A stretch of DNA of 63,995 bases, filler included, from Octopus bimaculoides (taxonomy: Eukaryota), in the NCBI RefSeq assembly GCF_001194135.2. It is 7 parts of 6 records of this genome, joined end to end, with 100 filler letters (N's around TTAATTAATTAA, not from the genome) between each part and the next. Parts side by side here need not be neighbours in the genome. Positions count along the whole stretch, not along the records: positions 1 to 13,456 come from NC_068982.1; positions 13,557 to 37,645 come from NC_068998.1; 5 more parts are not named here. The stretch is one strand, 5' to 3'. Position numbers and translations under genes: made by a program. The notes under the pieces are model-generated. The model worked only from the letters and a program-made list of their open reading frames with translations. It was not told the DNA's origin and made no database searches. Shown here one piece after another: positions 11,227 to 21,841 of this stretch; within the stretch, counting starts at the first letter, position 1, and each line of letters begins with the position of its first letter.

Positions 11227-11612
11227 CTTTTACTTGTTTCAGTCATTAGACTGCAGCCTTGCTGGGGCACCACTTTGAAGAATTTTTAGTCAAATGAATC
11301 AACCCCAGAACTTATTTTTTTTAAAGCCTGGTGCTTATTCTATTGGTTTCTTTTGATGAATTGCTAAGTTGCAGTAACATAAACACACCAATACCTGTTG
11401 TGAAGAAGTAGTGGGGACAAGCATATGTACAAAGGTATACACACACACATATATACGATGGGCTTCTTTCAGTTTCCATTAACCAAATCCACTCACAAGG
11501 CTTTGGTCGGCCCCAAGGCTATAGTAGAAGACACTTGCCCAAGGTATCATACAGTGAGACTGAACCCAGAACCATGTGGTTCGGAAGCTTGCTTCTTACC
11601 ACACAGCCATGC
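11227..11612 (-). mobile_element. tRNA-derived SINE (family C, ~400 bp, internal (CA/TA)n)
   Basis: Colinear reverse complement of 53368-53770. Confidence 0.9.
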
Positions 11613-11826
11613 ATGCAGTTTGTGTACTCCACATTTTCTATTGACAGGATTTTATTCAGAATTATTAGTTGGCTTGTAAGAGAGTCCAGTATTTCAGTTG
11701 CCTGAACTGCAACTGTGCCTGAACATCTCTCCATATTGCTGGAAGTAGTAAAGGGTTCATTGTATCATGTAAAATGTGATGGTGTAAGATATATTAATAG
11801 TTTTAAAGAATGGGTTTGTCATTGTC

Positions 11827-11906
<80 letters not shown>

Positions 11907-12227
11907 NNNNNNNNNNNNNNNNNNNNNNNNNNNNNNNNNNNNNNNNNNNNNNNNNNNNNNNNNNNNNNNNNNNNNNNNNNNNNNNNNNNNNNNNNNNNNN
12001 NNNNNNNNNNNNNNNNNNNNNNNNNNNNNNNNNNNNNNNNNNNNNNNNNNNNNNNNNNNNNNNNNNNNNNNNNNNNNNNNNNNNNNNNNNNNNNNNNNNN
12101 NNNNNNNNNNNNNNNNNNNNNNNNNNNNNNNNNNNNNNNNNNNNNNNNNNNNNNNNNNNNNNNNNNNNNNNNNNNNNNNNNNNNNNNNNNNNNNNNNNNN
12201 NNNNNNNNNNNNNTATATATATATATA

Positions 12228-12485
12228 TCATCATTTAATATCCATTTTCGATGATGGCACAGGTTGGACAGTTTTACCGGAGCTGACAAGCTGGAGAGCT
12301 GCACCAAGTTCCAGCCTGATTTGGTTTGGCATCCAAGGCTAGATGCCCCTCCTAACACCAACCATTTTACAGTGTATGCTGGGTGTTTTTAACATGACAC
12401 TGCACAAGTGCTTCAACATGGCACTGCACAAGCACTTCAACATGGCACCAGCATGAGTGCTTTTTAGATACCACTAGCACAGGAC
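12228..12485 (-). mobile_element. RTE 3' end fragment with 24-bp tandem repeat
   Basis: CATCATCATTTAAT...CCATTTTC start. Roughly three units of CAACATGGCACTGCACAAG(C/T)(A/G)CTT at about 12390-12450. Confidence 0.7.
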
Positions 12486-13279
12486 TCTTGCAGGTCAACC
12501 CCCTTTACCAGTGGGAACAGCCAATCTTTTTGCTGTTTTCACAGCTATACGTGTTCAAAATTCACTTTCTTGCCTGTAAAATATATATATATATGAATCA
12601 AGGAAATTATAAAATGGAGATATAACATTAGTATCATTTATTAGCTGGAAAAATCCAATATATTCTCTTACAGCTGTTTCAATTAAGCTTAAAAGATTGA
12701 AACAGCAATTATTAAATCATTATATTAGGCAAAATCTCATCAGAAGGGTAGAAAGGATACACCGTTAGGTTATTAAGTGTTGTGTATTCGGATCATCTCG
12801 GCAGACTGTATATATGAATGAATATATGTGTGTATAGTTGAGCATATATGGGAAAACATAACATATATATCTGTATAATGGATGTTCCCTCAATGCATGT
12901 GTGTATGTCTGTCAGTCCATGTGGTGGGTGTGAATATATGTACCATATGTAAATATATGTATCAACATAAGTATTAGTATATTACTATATAAGTATATTA
13001 GTAATAGCTATCTATGTATCATATTTATTGTATACACATTGACAATAGGGTAGTTACTGCAGTATTTGTCTAGAGATAACATCCCTTCTGAATTTGATGT
13101 GTTAAGATCACAATGAATATAAGAGATTTCTCTCATATCTATTGTATTCTTAACTCAGCAACCTCATAAGAGGTGTTATCTCTGGCCAAATAGTGCTGTA
13201 GCTGATTTTTTGACTGTCTATAAATTAAATATGATGCATAGATGACTAATTACATACTGCCTCAGTTGCATATACCTGA

Positions 13280-13317
<38 letters not shown>

Positions 13318-13777
13318 GAATTCCTAGAGACAGGAAAATCCTTATGAGACACAGAACAAAGGTCTCAAACCAGTTAAATAGAGAACTGGAGGATAGGAAT
13401 AGGGCTAAATTAAAACTAACACTGTTAGAAATAGAAAACAAAATTAAACTCTCCCANNNNNNNNNNNNNNNNNNNNNNNNNNNNNNNNNNNNNNNNNNNN
13501 TTAATTAATTAANNNNNNNNNNNNNNNNNNNNNNNNNNNNNNNNNNNNNNNNNNNNTGAAACAATGATTACAACAGAAGGTGAGAAGCTGGGGGTTGGTG
13601 CTGTTGTTTAACCCCAGGTCAACCCTTGCCGAGCAGATCTACGATCTAATGTAATGGTTCTCAATTTTTTAATTTTCTTATTTTTCTCAACGCACCCTTT
13701 CGTCATATCTGAACGTGAAACGTATTCTGTAAAATGATTGGATTCCACAACTCAGGCAAAAGTGAATACCATAAAAT

Positions 13778-13936
13778 GGTAATCTTCCAGTTTCGAGAGG
13801 TTAAAAAAGTAAATAAAATACAAGGGAAATAATTGATGGTCTTACCATATTTTCCGTACTACTTTGTTTATAAATAAATCACGTGATTTGATTGACGTTA
13901 ACTATTTCTTTTACCTCTCGAAACTGGAAGATTACC
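13778..13936. mobile_element. MITE with 23-bp perfect TIRs and 9-bp TSD (Merlin-like, or Mutator-like)
   Basis: GGTAATCTTCCAGTTTCGAGAGG (13778-13800) and its exact reverse complement (13914-13936), flanked by CCATAAAAT (13769-13777) and CCATAAAAC (13937-13945). Confidence 0.85.
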
Positions 13937-15301
13937 CCATAAAACAATTATTTGTATTATGCATTGTGTTCTTGAGCAAGGCATTTTATTGTCTGTTGCT
14001 CCAGGCTATTCAGCTGTAAATGAGTAGCTTCCTAGTGCAGGAGCAGTCCGTTTTTCTCCCTCCACCTATCACATCTTCAATGATCGGCTGAGTTCATTGA
14101 TGTGAATGCCGAAAAGGGTGCCTTTGTCTTCTCAAACAATTACCAAGTCCGCGGTACAAGCTATTCAGTCCTGCACGCTTACAAGTATTGACTAAGCAAT
14201 ACATAAGGGGGATTTATATTCAATTAAATTTACCCCCAATATTTCCCTGATCCTTTATTTTAATGTCTCCCGTCCCTGATGGATGAATGAAAGGGAAAGT
14301 CTAACCTGGCTGGATTCGAACTCTGAACACACTGAGTCGTACATAACAGAATATTGTACAAGATCTAAATGTACGTCACGCTGTAGTAGAAGACACTTGC
14401 CCAAGGTGCCACACAGTGGGACTGAACCCAGGCCCATGTGGTTTGGAAGCAAGCTTTTCACCACACTAGTATAAAACAGGAGGAATTTCAACTACGTTTC
14501 GTGGTTCACTACCTCAACAGCTCCCTTATAGGATCCAATGGCTAAGGATATCATCAGGAGGAACCGCAGCCAGTTTTGGTCCCTACTCCTCTACCATTTT
14601 TGATGTGGAGGGCCCCCACCACCTTTCAGAGATGTCTTCAGCTCTGGTATTTTTTTTTCCTTTTTTCTTTGGCCTTTTGTTCTTTGCTTTCTTTGATGAA
14701 GGTCAGTGGGCGAATGACCATCCTGCTAAATTTCCCTTTAAATCAAGTTTTTCTCTTTTTTTAATAAAATCATAAATTACAACTTCACTCATTTTATTCT
14801 AGACTTGGATGTACACTCTGTCCATTATTCAAATGTATATAGAGTTTAGTGGCATAAAGGAGGCACCTTGCCCCCCCTCACCCCATAGATGTCTCAAAAA
14901 AATCACCCCTTGCTGGTCCTACATGTGAAGGTAGGCCAATATAACAAACTTTAATGCCTCAAAAACGTTTTCCATGAATATGTGTTGCAGAGATTGGGGT
15001 GTCTCTAATATGCCTATGTGTCTTTTGCACCATCTTAGAACTTAGCAGTCCAGCAAAAGGGACCGATAGAATAAGTACCAGGCTTGCAAAAATAAATCCT
15101 GGGGTCAATTTGTGTGACTAAACATTCTTCAAGGTGGTGCGCCCCAGCGAAAAACAGAATATAAATATGGTAATGCCACAAGAAAACTGGAGAGCAAATA
15201 ATATTTATTACTCAACTTTGGAATTTGGATGTAGAAAGATTCACCTGGAATCTTAAACATTGGAATATCAACTGAGAGAGCTTTAACAGTTAGCCAGTCT
15301 T

Positions 15302-15335
<34 letters not shown>

Positions 15336-15519
15336 TTAGTGCAACATTTCTGAAAATAGAATGTGTAAACGGAATAATCAACTAAAATACATTTTTATCT
15401 TTCTGGTCCCCCACCACCACCACCATCTCACAGGTAGAGGTAAGATAAGGATGGGGGGTCGGGGGTGTGTGTGTGTGTGGAAAAATGGTTTGTACAATGT
15501 CTGTCTCTTTAGTTTCAGC

Positions 15520-15930
15520 TGAAAACTTCTCTTTAACTCTTTCACTTGTTTCAGTCGTTAGACTGTGACCACGCTGGAGCACTGCTTTGAAGCATTAATT
15601 ATAGTTAAATGAATTGAGCTCAGGACTTTTTTTTTAAGACTGGTGCTTATTCTATCGGTCTCTTTTGCTGAAGTGTTAAGTTATGATGATGTAAACACAC
15701 CAACACCGGTTGTCAGGCAGTGGTTGTCAAGAACTGGCAAGGCTGGAGAGCTGCACCAGGTTCCAGTTGTCTATTTTGGCATTGTTTCTACAGCTGGATA
15801 CTCTTCCTAATGCCAACCACTTTACAGAATGTCCTGGGTGCATTTTATGTGCCACCACCACAAGAGCATATATTACGTGGCACTGGCACGAGCGCTCTTT
15901 ACGTGGCACCAGCATGGGTGCCTTTTACGT
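15520..15930 (-). mobile_element. Family C SINE 3' half fused to an RTE 3'UTR fragment
   Basis: TTTCACTTGTTTCAGTCGTTAG...CAACACCGGTTGTCAGG, followed by GGCTGGAGAGCTGCACCAGG...GGATACTCTTCCTAATGCCAACC. Confidence 0.7.
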
Positions 15931-16561
15931 GGAGGGGCTTCTTTCTGATTATTATTGAAGGGTTGTAGTAAATGTTGTAGTTAAATATATTTGCTTATAT
16001 TTCTTCTGATTTCTTTGGAACTACCAAACAGTGTTTCTTGCAGAAGTGTACTGTTCTGTATTTTTGCCTCTTTAGAAAACAATGAATAATTCTATAATTA
16101 TGTCTGTTTTACATCTGTTTATAATTACATGTATTTTACATCTGTTTTACATCTAGATATTTTTATTCTTGTTTCATGCAGGTTACGAATTCTAAATAAA
16201 ATATAATTAAAATAAACCTGAGGAGAATTTTGATAATTTTCATTCTTCAAAAAATCAAAATCAAAAAACTAAACAAACATCAAATTTGATACTAATTTGT
16301 AATTAAAAAAGAATTATGTTTCTCATTTTCCCCCCCTCTCCTTCTTTCTAAATTAGTTTATATAGTTTTAGAAAATGCCAAAGTCAGCAGGAATTTTATC
16401 TAATTCTTTCCATTGAATAAAAATTTCAGTTAGTATTTAATTAGCACTAATTACGTTTTTGTGAAATAAGTTTCGAATGAGTTTCTAACCTGGTTTTCAT
16501 TCTCATTTACTGCCATTTCACTTCACAGCTTGAAAACAATTAGGTTTGTAATCAGGTTTTA

Positions 16562-16835
16562 CATCATCATCGCCATCGTCGTAATCATCGTCATTGTCAT
16601 CTTAACGTCTACTTTTTCCTGCTTGCTTGGGTCAGAATGGATTCATTGAGCAAAATTCTCTGAGACTGGATGCTCTTCCTGTCACCACCCCTCATGACAC
16701 CAGCATCTGCCACAACTGCGGTTCTGCTTGGTCTGATGGGTCTTCTTCTCAAGCACAGCATAATGCCAAATGGACTTGGTCATTGCCTCCGTGAGGTCAA
16801 ATGCTTGAAGCACAGCATAATGCCAAATGGTCTCA
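16562..16835 (-). mobile_element. RTE LINE ORF stop region and 3' tail
   Basis: Minus strand DLTEAMTKSIWHYAVLEKKTHQTK matches the RTE ORF C-terminus. A 23-bp internal duplication AAGCACAGCATAATGCCAAATGG is present, with a (GAT)n tail. Confidence 0.75.
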
Positions 16836-17679
16836 GTCCTACAATAGGCTTCTTTCAGTTTCCATCTGCCAAGTTTACTCACAGGGCTTTAATTGACCTG
16901 GGACTGAATTTAAAGCCGTGTTGTTGGGAAACAAATTGAAACACAGTCGAAAGATTTGTTAGCCAAGAATTTAATTTGGTTTTTTACCCTTTAACATTGA
17001 AATCAGCCACATACGGCCCAAATATTCCACCTGTTCAAACAGGCCAGATCTAGCCTCTCACACCTGCCTTCCAATGTCATTTGAAAAACAAATAATCACA
17101 TCATCAACATCTCAGAGCTATGAGTTAATTGCATGACTAATTGAAGACAATGTGAATAAATAATCATTAGATTTGGCAGAATAATAAGAATGTTGAAGGG
17201 TTAAATAAGGTAAACAGCAGATAGAGGCAGAAGACAATAATTTGAATGAAATGTATAACAGGAAGGCTTTTAGGTTTATTTGGTTTTCGGGTTTTTTCCC
17301 TCTCCATTTCTGTGAATAGGATAATTTAAAACTTAAAAAAACCAGAAAGAATTGCAACTGTGTAAAAAGTCTTGTTTTATTTGCAAATAAAATGACAGGG
17401 TGTGTGATTAAAAGGGGTTTTCAAGCTGCCTGGTAGCATCCTTATTTAGCTGTCTGCTTCGGTAAGCTGTAGAATAATTGAACATGTGTCTGAGAGAAGC
17501 TATAATCACTGTCAGTGCTAATGTTTGTCAAAGGTAGGCCCAGTTCAGTTGATGGGGTGAGAGGCTCTTCTCTTTGCCTGCACTGTCATCACAGAAACAT
17601 GCAGCCATGTCAAAGAGGGGAAGGGGGAGTAGCATTTATTGCTGTTGTTTCATGTGGGTTTATTATTATTATTATTATT

Positions 17680-17875
17680 AAGATGCCAAGCAAAATTGCT
17701 TAGCGGCATTTCATTCGTCTTTTTTCTGAGTTCAAATTCCACTGAGGTCGACTTTGCTTTTCATTCTTTCAGAGTTGGTAAATTAAGTACCAGTTATGCA
17801 CTGGGGTTGATATAATTAACTAGGCTCCTACCCCCAAAATTTCAGGATTTGTGCCTATGGTAGAAAGGATTATTA
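17680..17875 (+). mobile_element. Family D SINE
   Basis: CTGAGTTCAAATTCCACTGAGGTCGACTTTGC...AAGTACCAGTTATGCACTGGGG, flanked by (ATT)n. Further copies at about 2950, 18405, 19800, 20125, 35455, 36680 and 63400. Confidence 0.8.
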
Positions 17876-18714
17876 TTATTTATTTTTCTTTATCAAATTT
17901 ATATTGATTGTTTAAGAAAACATCACTTTCTTTCTTAGATTAATTTGGAGGTAGAACATTTCTGCTTTAAACATTGAGAAATACAACTTTGATATTTTCA
18001 AAATAGAATATAATATTAACTTTGAATAAAGTTTTTCAATTATTTTTTTATCAATATTTTGGAAAATATCAACAGAAAAGAGATTTGAATCAAAAATAAG
18101 ACTATTTTTTTTCTCCCTTTAATGAAAACTTCAATAAATTTATAAGCAAAAAATATGATTTCCTCCACCTCAGGATAGAAATTATTGCTGAGCATGCTGG
18201 GAAAATTCTCATGGAATTTACACAGCATTTCTTCCTTGGTTTCTCCTTTGTTGACTGCTGCAAATATGTTTATGAAATCCTGAAATATATGTTTGTTAAC
18301 AAATATTTCCTTTATTTGTATTTTTAACATCAAACTAGCAGTTCTAAATAAATTGCACGTTAGTAAGAATTGCTAAAGTAGGTTTATTATTATTATTATT
18401 ATTAAAGGCAATGAGCTGGCAGAACTGTTATCCTGCTGAGCCAAATGCTTAGCGGCATCTCCTTCATCTTTATGTTCTTAGATGAAATTCTGCAGAGACT
18501 GACTTAGCCCTTATTCTTTCAGGGTCAAGTATTCCATACACACACACAAACACACACAAACACACACATGTGTGTACCCTAAACATAATTCTCAAACAAT
18601 ATCCATGTGATCCAGTGTGACAAGCCTGGATCTTTGAATTACAGTTGCATCCATCTGCCATGTTTCTATACAGTGGGATTGAACCCAGAACCATGTGGTT
18701 CAGAAGTGTTCTTC

Positions 18715-18948
18715 ATTCTTTCAGGGTTGATAAACACCAACACCAGTTGTCAGATGGTGGTGGGGGACAAACACACATACACACGCACACACAACGGGCT
18801 TCTTTCGGTTTCCATCTTCCAAATTCACTCACAAGGCTTTGGTTGGCCTGAAACTATAGTAAAAGACACTTGTTTGAGCTGCCATGCAGTGGGACTGAAC
18901 TCAGAACCATGTGTTTGTGAAGCATACTTCTTACCACACGGCCACGCC
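18715..18948 (-). mobile_element. Family C SINE (5' two-thirds)
   Basis: GGGCTTCTTTCGGTTTCCATCT...CACTCACAAGGCTTTGG...GGGACTGAACTCAGAACCATG. Confidence 0.8.
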
Positions 18949-20982
18949 TAAATATTTCTAGTCACTGAATATTTTTCAGTTTATTGATAATAAGTTGAAA
19001 TGGTGTGTTTGTTTTATATTTACGTGTAGTTCTGAAGGTCATTAGGAACTTTATGTGCCGAAAGATATTTCCAATTTCAAAGAATTAATTCTCTCTCTCT
19101 CTCTCTTTCTCTTCTGTTTCAAAATATGTAATTATGTAAGTAATTTAATTATTTGTAACTGGAAGAAATAAAATGTTGTTAAATTAAATTTTCAATTCTA
19201 GTGATTACTCTATTTTCTGGTTTTATTGATTTCATATTCGAGTGCAGCATTTAGTTTTTACGGAGGAAGAAGAGAGCAGGATTAGTCAAGTAACTCGATC
19301 CTGTTATATTATTATTATTATTATTATTGGCTCATATCTTATCACTCCCCGAGGGATGGCAGGGGCAACAACATCAATACCTAGTAGAATTTGAAACCTG
19401 AACCACGAAAAATAAAATAATAAATAACTTAACGAGTGCATTTAGTCTGTAACAAACTGTTTTGCTTCTAAGTTTTGCAAGTATCTCTGAACATCAGTCA
19501 GTCTATAAGATTCCTTATTATTCAGAAGAGGTGGGCACTTTGGACCAAAAGTTACACATATTTCTGCAGAACTTTAGATTGCGAAGAGTATGTTCTTACA
19601 CAATTTGGTAGATTCTTGAATAGTTTCCAGGTCAACTCATATAACTTGTATTATTATTCTTACCGATTCATTTTGCAAATGAAAGCCTCTGTATCTAGAA
19701 TATCCCATTACAGCTAGACTCCTTTTATTTCTTTCAATATTTTTATTATTATCATTATTATTATTATTATCATCATCATCATCATCATCATCATTATTAA
19801 AGCAGCAGGCTGGCAGGATCGTTAGTAGACTGGTTGAAATGCTTCGCTGCATTTAGTCCATCTTTATGTTCTGAGTTCAAATTCTGCTGAGGCTGACTCT
19901 GCCTTTTTATCCTTTTGGGGTCGATAAAATAAGTACCAGCGAAACACTGGGGTCGTTGTAATCAACTGGTTCCTGACCCTAAATTAAGTACCAGTTGAGT
20001 ACTGGCAGTCAATGTAATTGATTATCTTCTTCCCCCAAATTTCAGGCTTTGTGCCTATAATAGAAGGGATTTTTATGGTTATTGTTGTTATTATGATTAT
20101 TGTTATTGTTATTATTATTATTGATGAAGGCTGTGAGCTGGCAGAGTCGTTAGCACACTGGACTTACTGGCATTTCATCTGTCTTTATGTTCTGGGTTTC
20201 AATGCTGCTGAGGTCGACTTTGCCCTTTATCCTCTTGAGGGTCAATAAAATAAGTACCAGTTTGACACTGGGGTTGATGTAATTGATTATCCCCTTCCCC
20301 TCCAAGAATGGCCCAGTGCCAAAATTGGAAACTATTATTGTTGTTGTTGCTTTTTGCTATATATTTTTTTTTTGTTTTTTTCCATAGTAAATTTTGTTAA
20401 ATAACTTACTGCACCCACACCCACACACGCGTATGTATATAGATGTATGGTTGTGTGTATGTACATATGTGTGTGTGTGTGTGTATGGATTGTATATGTA
20501 TGTTTTGAAGATACCACGTAATCTAATTTACCACACCTTGTTGAATTCTGTGATTCCTTCAAACACATATTTTCGGTTTATTTTCTGTTTTCTCCATAGA
20601 CTCACTTTCATTAATAGCCAGATATATTGATACATTCTACAGAATTGTCTATATTTACCTCCCCCCCCCCCGTTAGACAGCTAGCCGTCACCCAGCAGTC
20701 CGAATCGATTACATTCACATTATTTTCTTAAAACGAACCAAACAAATTCAATTTATATACCTGTCTTTTATTTTCCTGCTTCTTCTAATAGTTTCTTTTT
20801 ACCATTTCTGTAATATTCTCCAGCTTTATTTTGAATATGATTAATTCCGTTCCTCATCATTGCACATCGACCATTCTCCTTGGTTACTCAGCATAGTCGG
20901 TGAGTCAACGAGGTTAGTTTCTATGTGGTCGCTCAGTATGCTAGAAATATCAGCCAAATCTCTCTTAAATCAGTCTCTACAC

Positions 20983-21228
20983 CAATGGTTCTCAACCATT
21001 TTTTGCCTGTGTACCCTTTTGATTTCCATTTTACTCACAAGGACCCTCATAGCCATTGTATGCCTAAAAAATCTTATATTTTTATGATTAAATATCATTT
21101 GGAATTGTATAAAAATATTTAAATATTTGGTGTATTGTAGAAACGTGATTTATTGCACATAAATTTTAACAACAAAATCTTATGTGGATTCCACCAAGGG
21201 TCATAAGGACCCAGGTTAAGAGCCACTG
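20983..21228. mobile_element. hAT/Charlie-like MITE
   Basis: Degenerate TIRs CAATGGTTCTCAACC and GGTTAAGAGCCACTG. Related ends occur at about 13653 and 59313-59380. The TSD is not preserved. Confidence 0.7.
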
Positions 21229-21789
21229 GTCTATTGTATTTAAATGAAGAACACATTTGATAATGTTAGTCTGAGATGGTGTTGAAATAGTGAGATGTTC
21301 ATGGCTGGAGTGTCTTTGATCATAGGTTTTCTCAATCTCGACTGGCCTGGGGTTAAACAATGACTAGTGTTATTTGTTATTACATTCCTCCTTAGATTAT
21401 AACAGCTATTCCATATGTTGCCATAATTTACCAAACTAACATGTGTTTCCAATATGTATGTATATATATATATATAGGTAAGTGGTAGGTTTGCCTCGAT
21501 CCTTCAGGGGTAGTCTGAAGCATCCAAGCAACCAGGGGATGTTTAAATCCGGAGGCACTCCTGGGGATCACCTGTATGGGTACCGTCTTGGGAAGAGCGC
21601 GTCCAGAGCCAGGTAATATGTTGCTTAAACCGTAGTTTATGTATTTACTTGGAGAATGGAGCAACAAATACAAGAAAAAGCATTTTCGTTGGACTAGATA
21701 GCCGTTGTTTTATTATGTGGAACTTGTGGAATGAGTCAGTGTGGAGGTTTAGGTTATGTAATGAGTCATTTTGTATATTATGTCTTAGT

Positions 21790-21841
21790 CACTTACGTAC
21801 GTTTCGATGCAGCCAGTAGTTTGGCCGATCTCTTCAGAGTG
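21790..21841 (-). ncRNA. Intact minimal Type I hammerhead ribozyme (Penelope/retrozyme type)
   Basis: 5'-CACU CUGAAGA GAUCGGCC AAACUACU GGCUGCAUC GAAAC GUAC GUA|AGUG-3'. All conserved core nucleotides are present, with G10.1-C11.1, an 8-bp stem II (one C bulge), stem III within the palindrome ACGUACGU, a GUA cleavage triplet and 4-bp stem I CACU/AGUG. Confidence 0.85.

Noticed and set aside
13501-13512. TTAATTAATTAA island between N-runs (also 37690, 41474, 49626, 52836 and 57365)
   Set aside because: Identical 12-mer in the middle of identically sized gaps, with stops in all six frames. This is a scaffolding linker, not biology.
21480-21615. GC-richer segment with an open frame ending in AG|GTAATA
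   Set aside because: The acceptor is poor and there is no recognisable product. It may be decayed mobile-element sequence adjacent to the hammerhead element.
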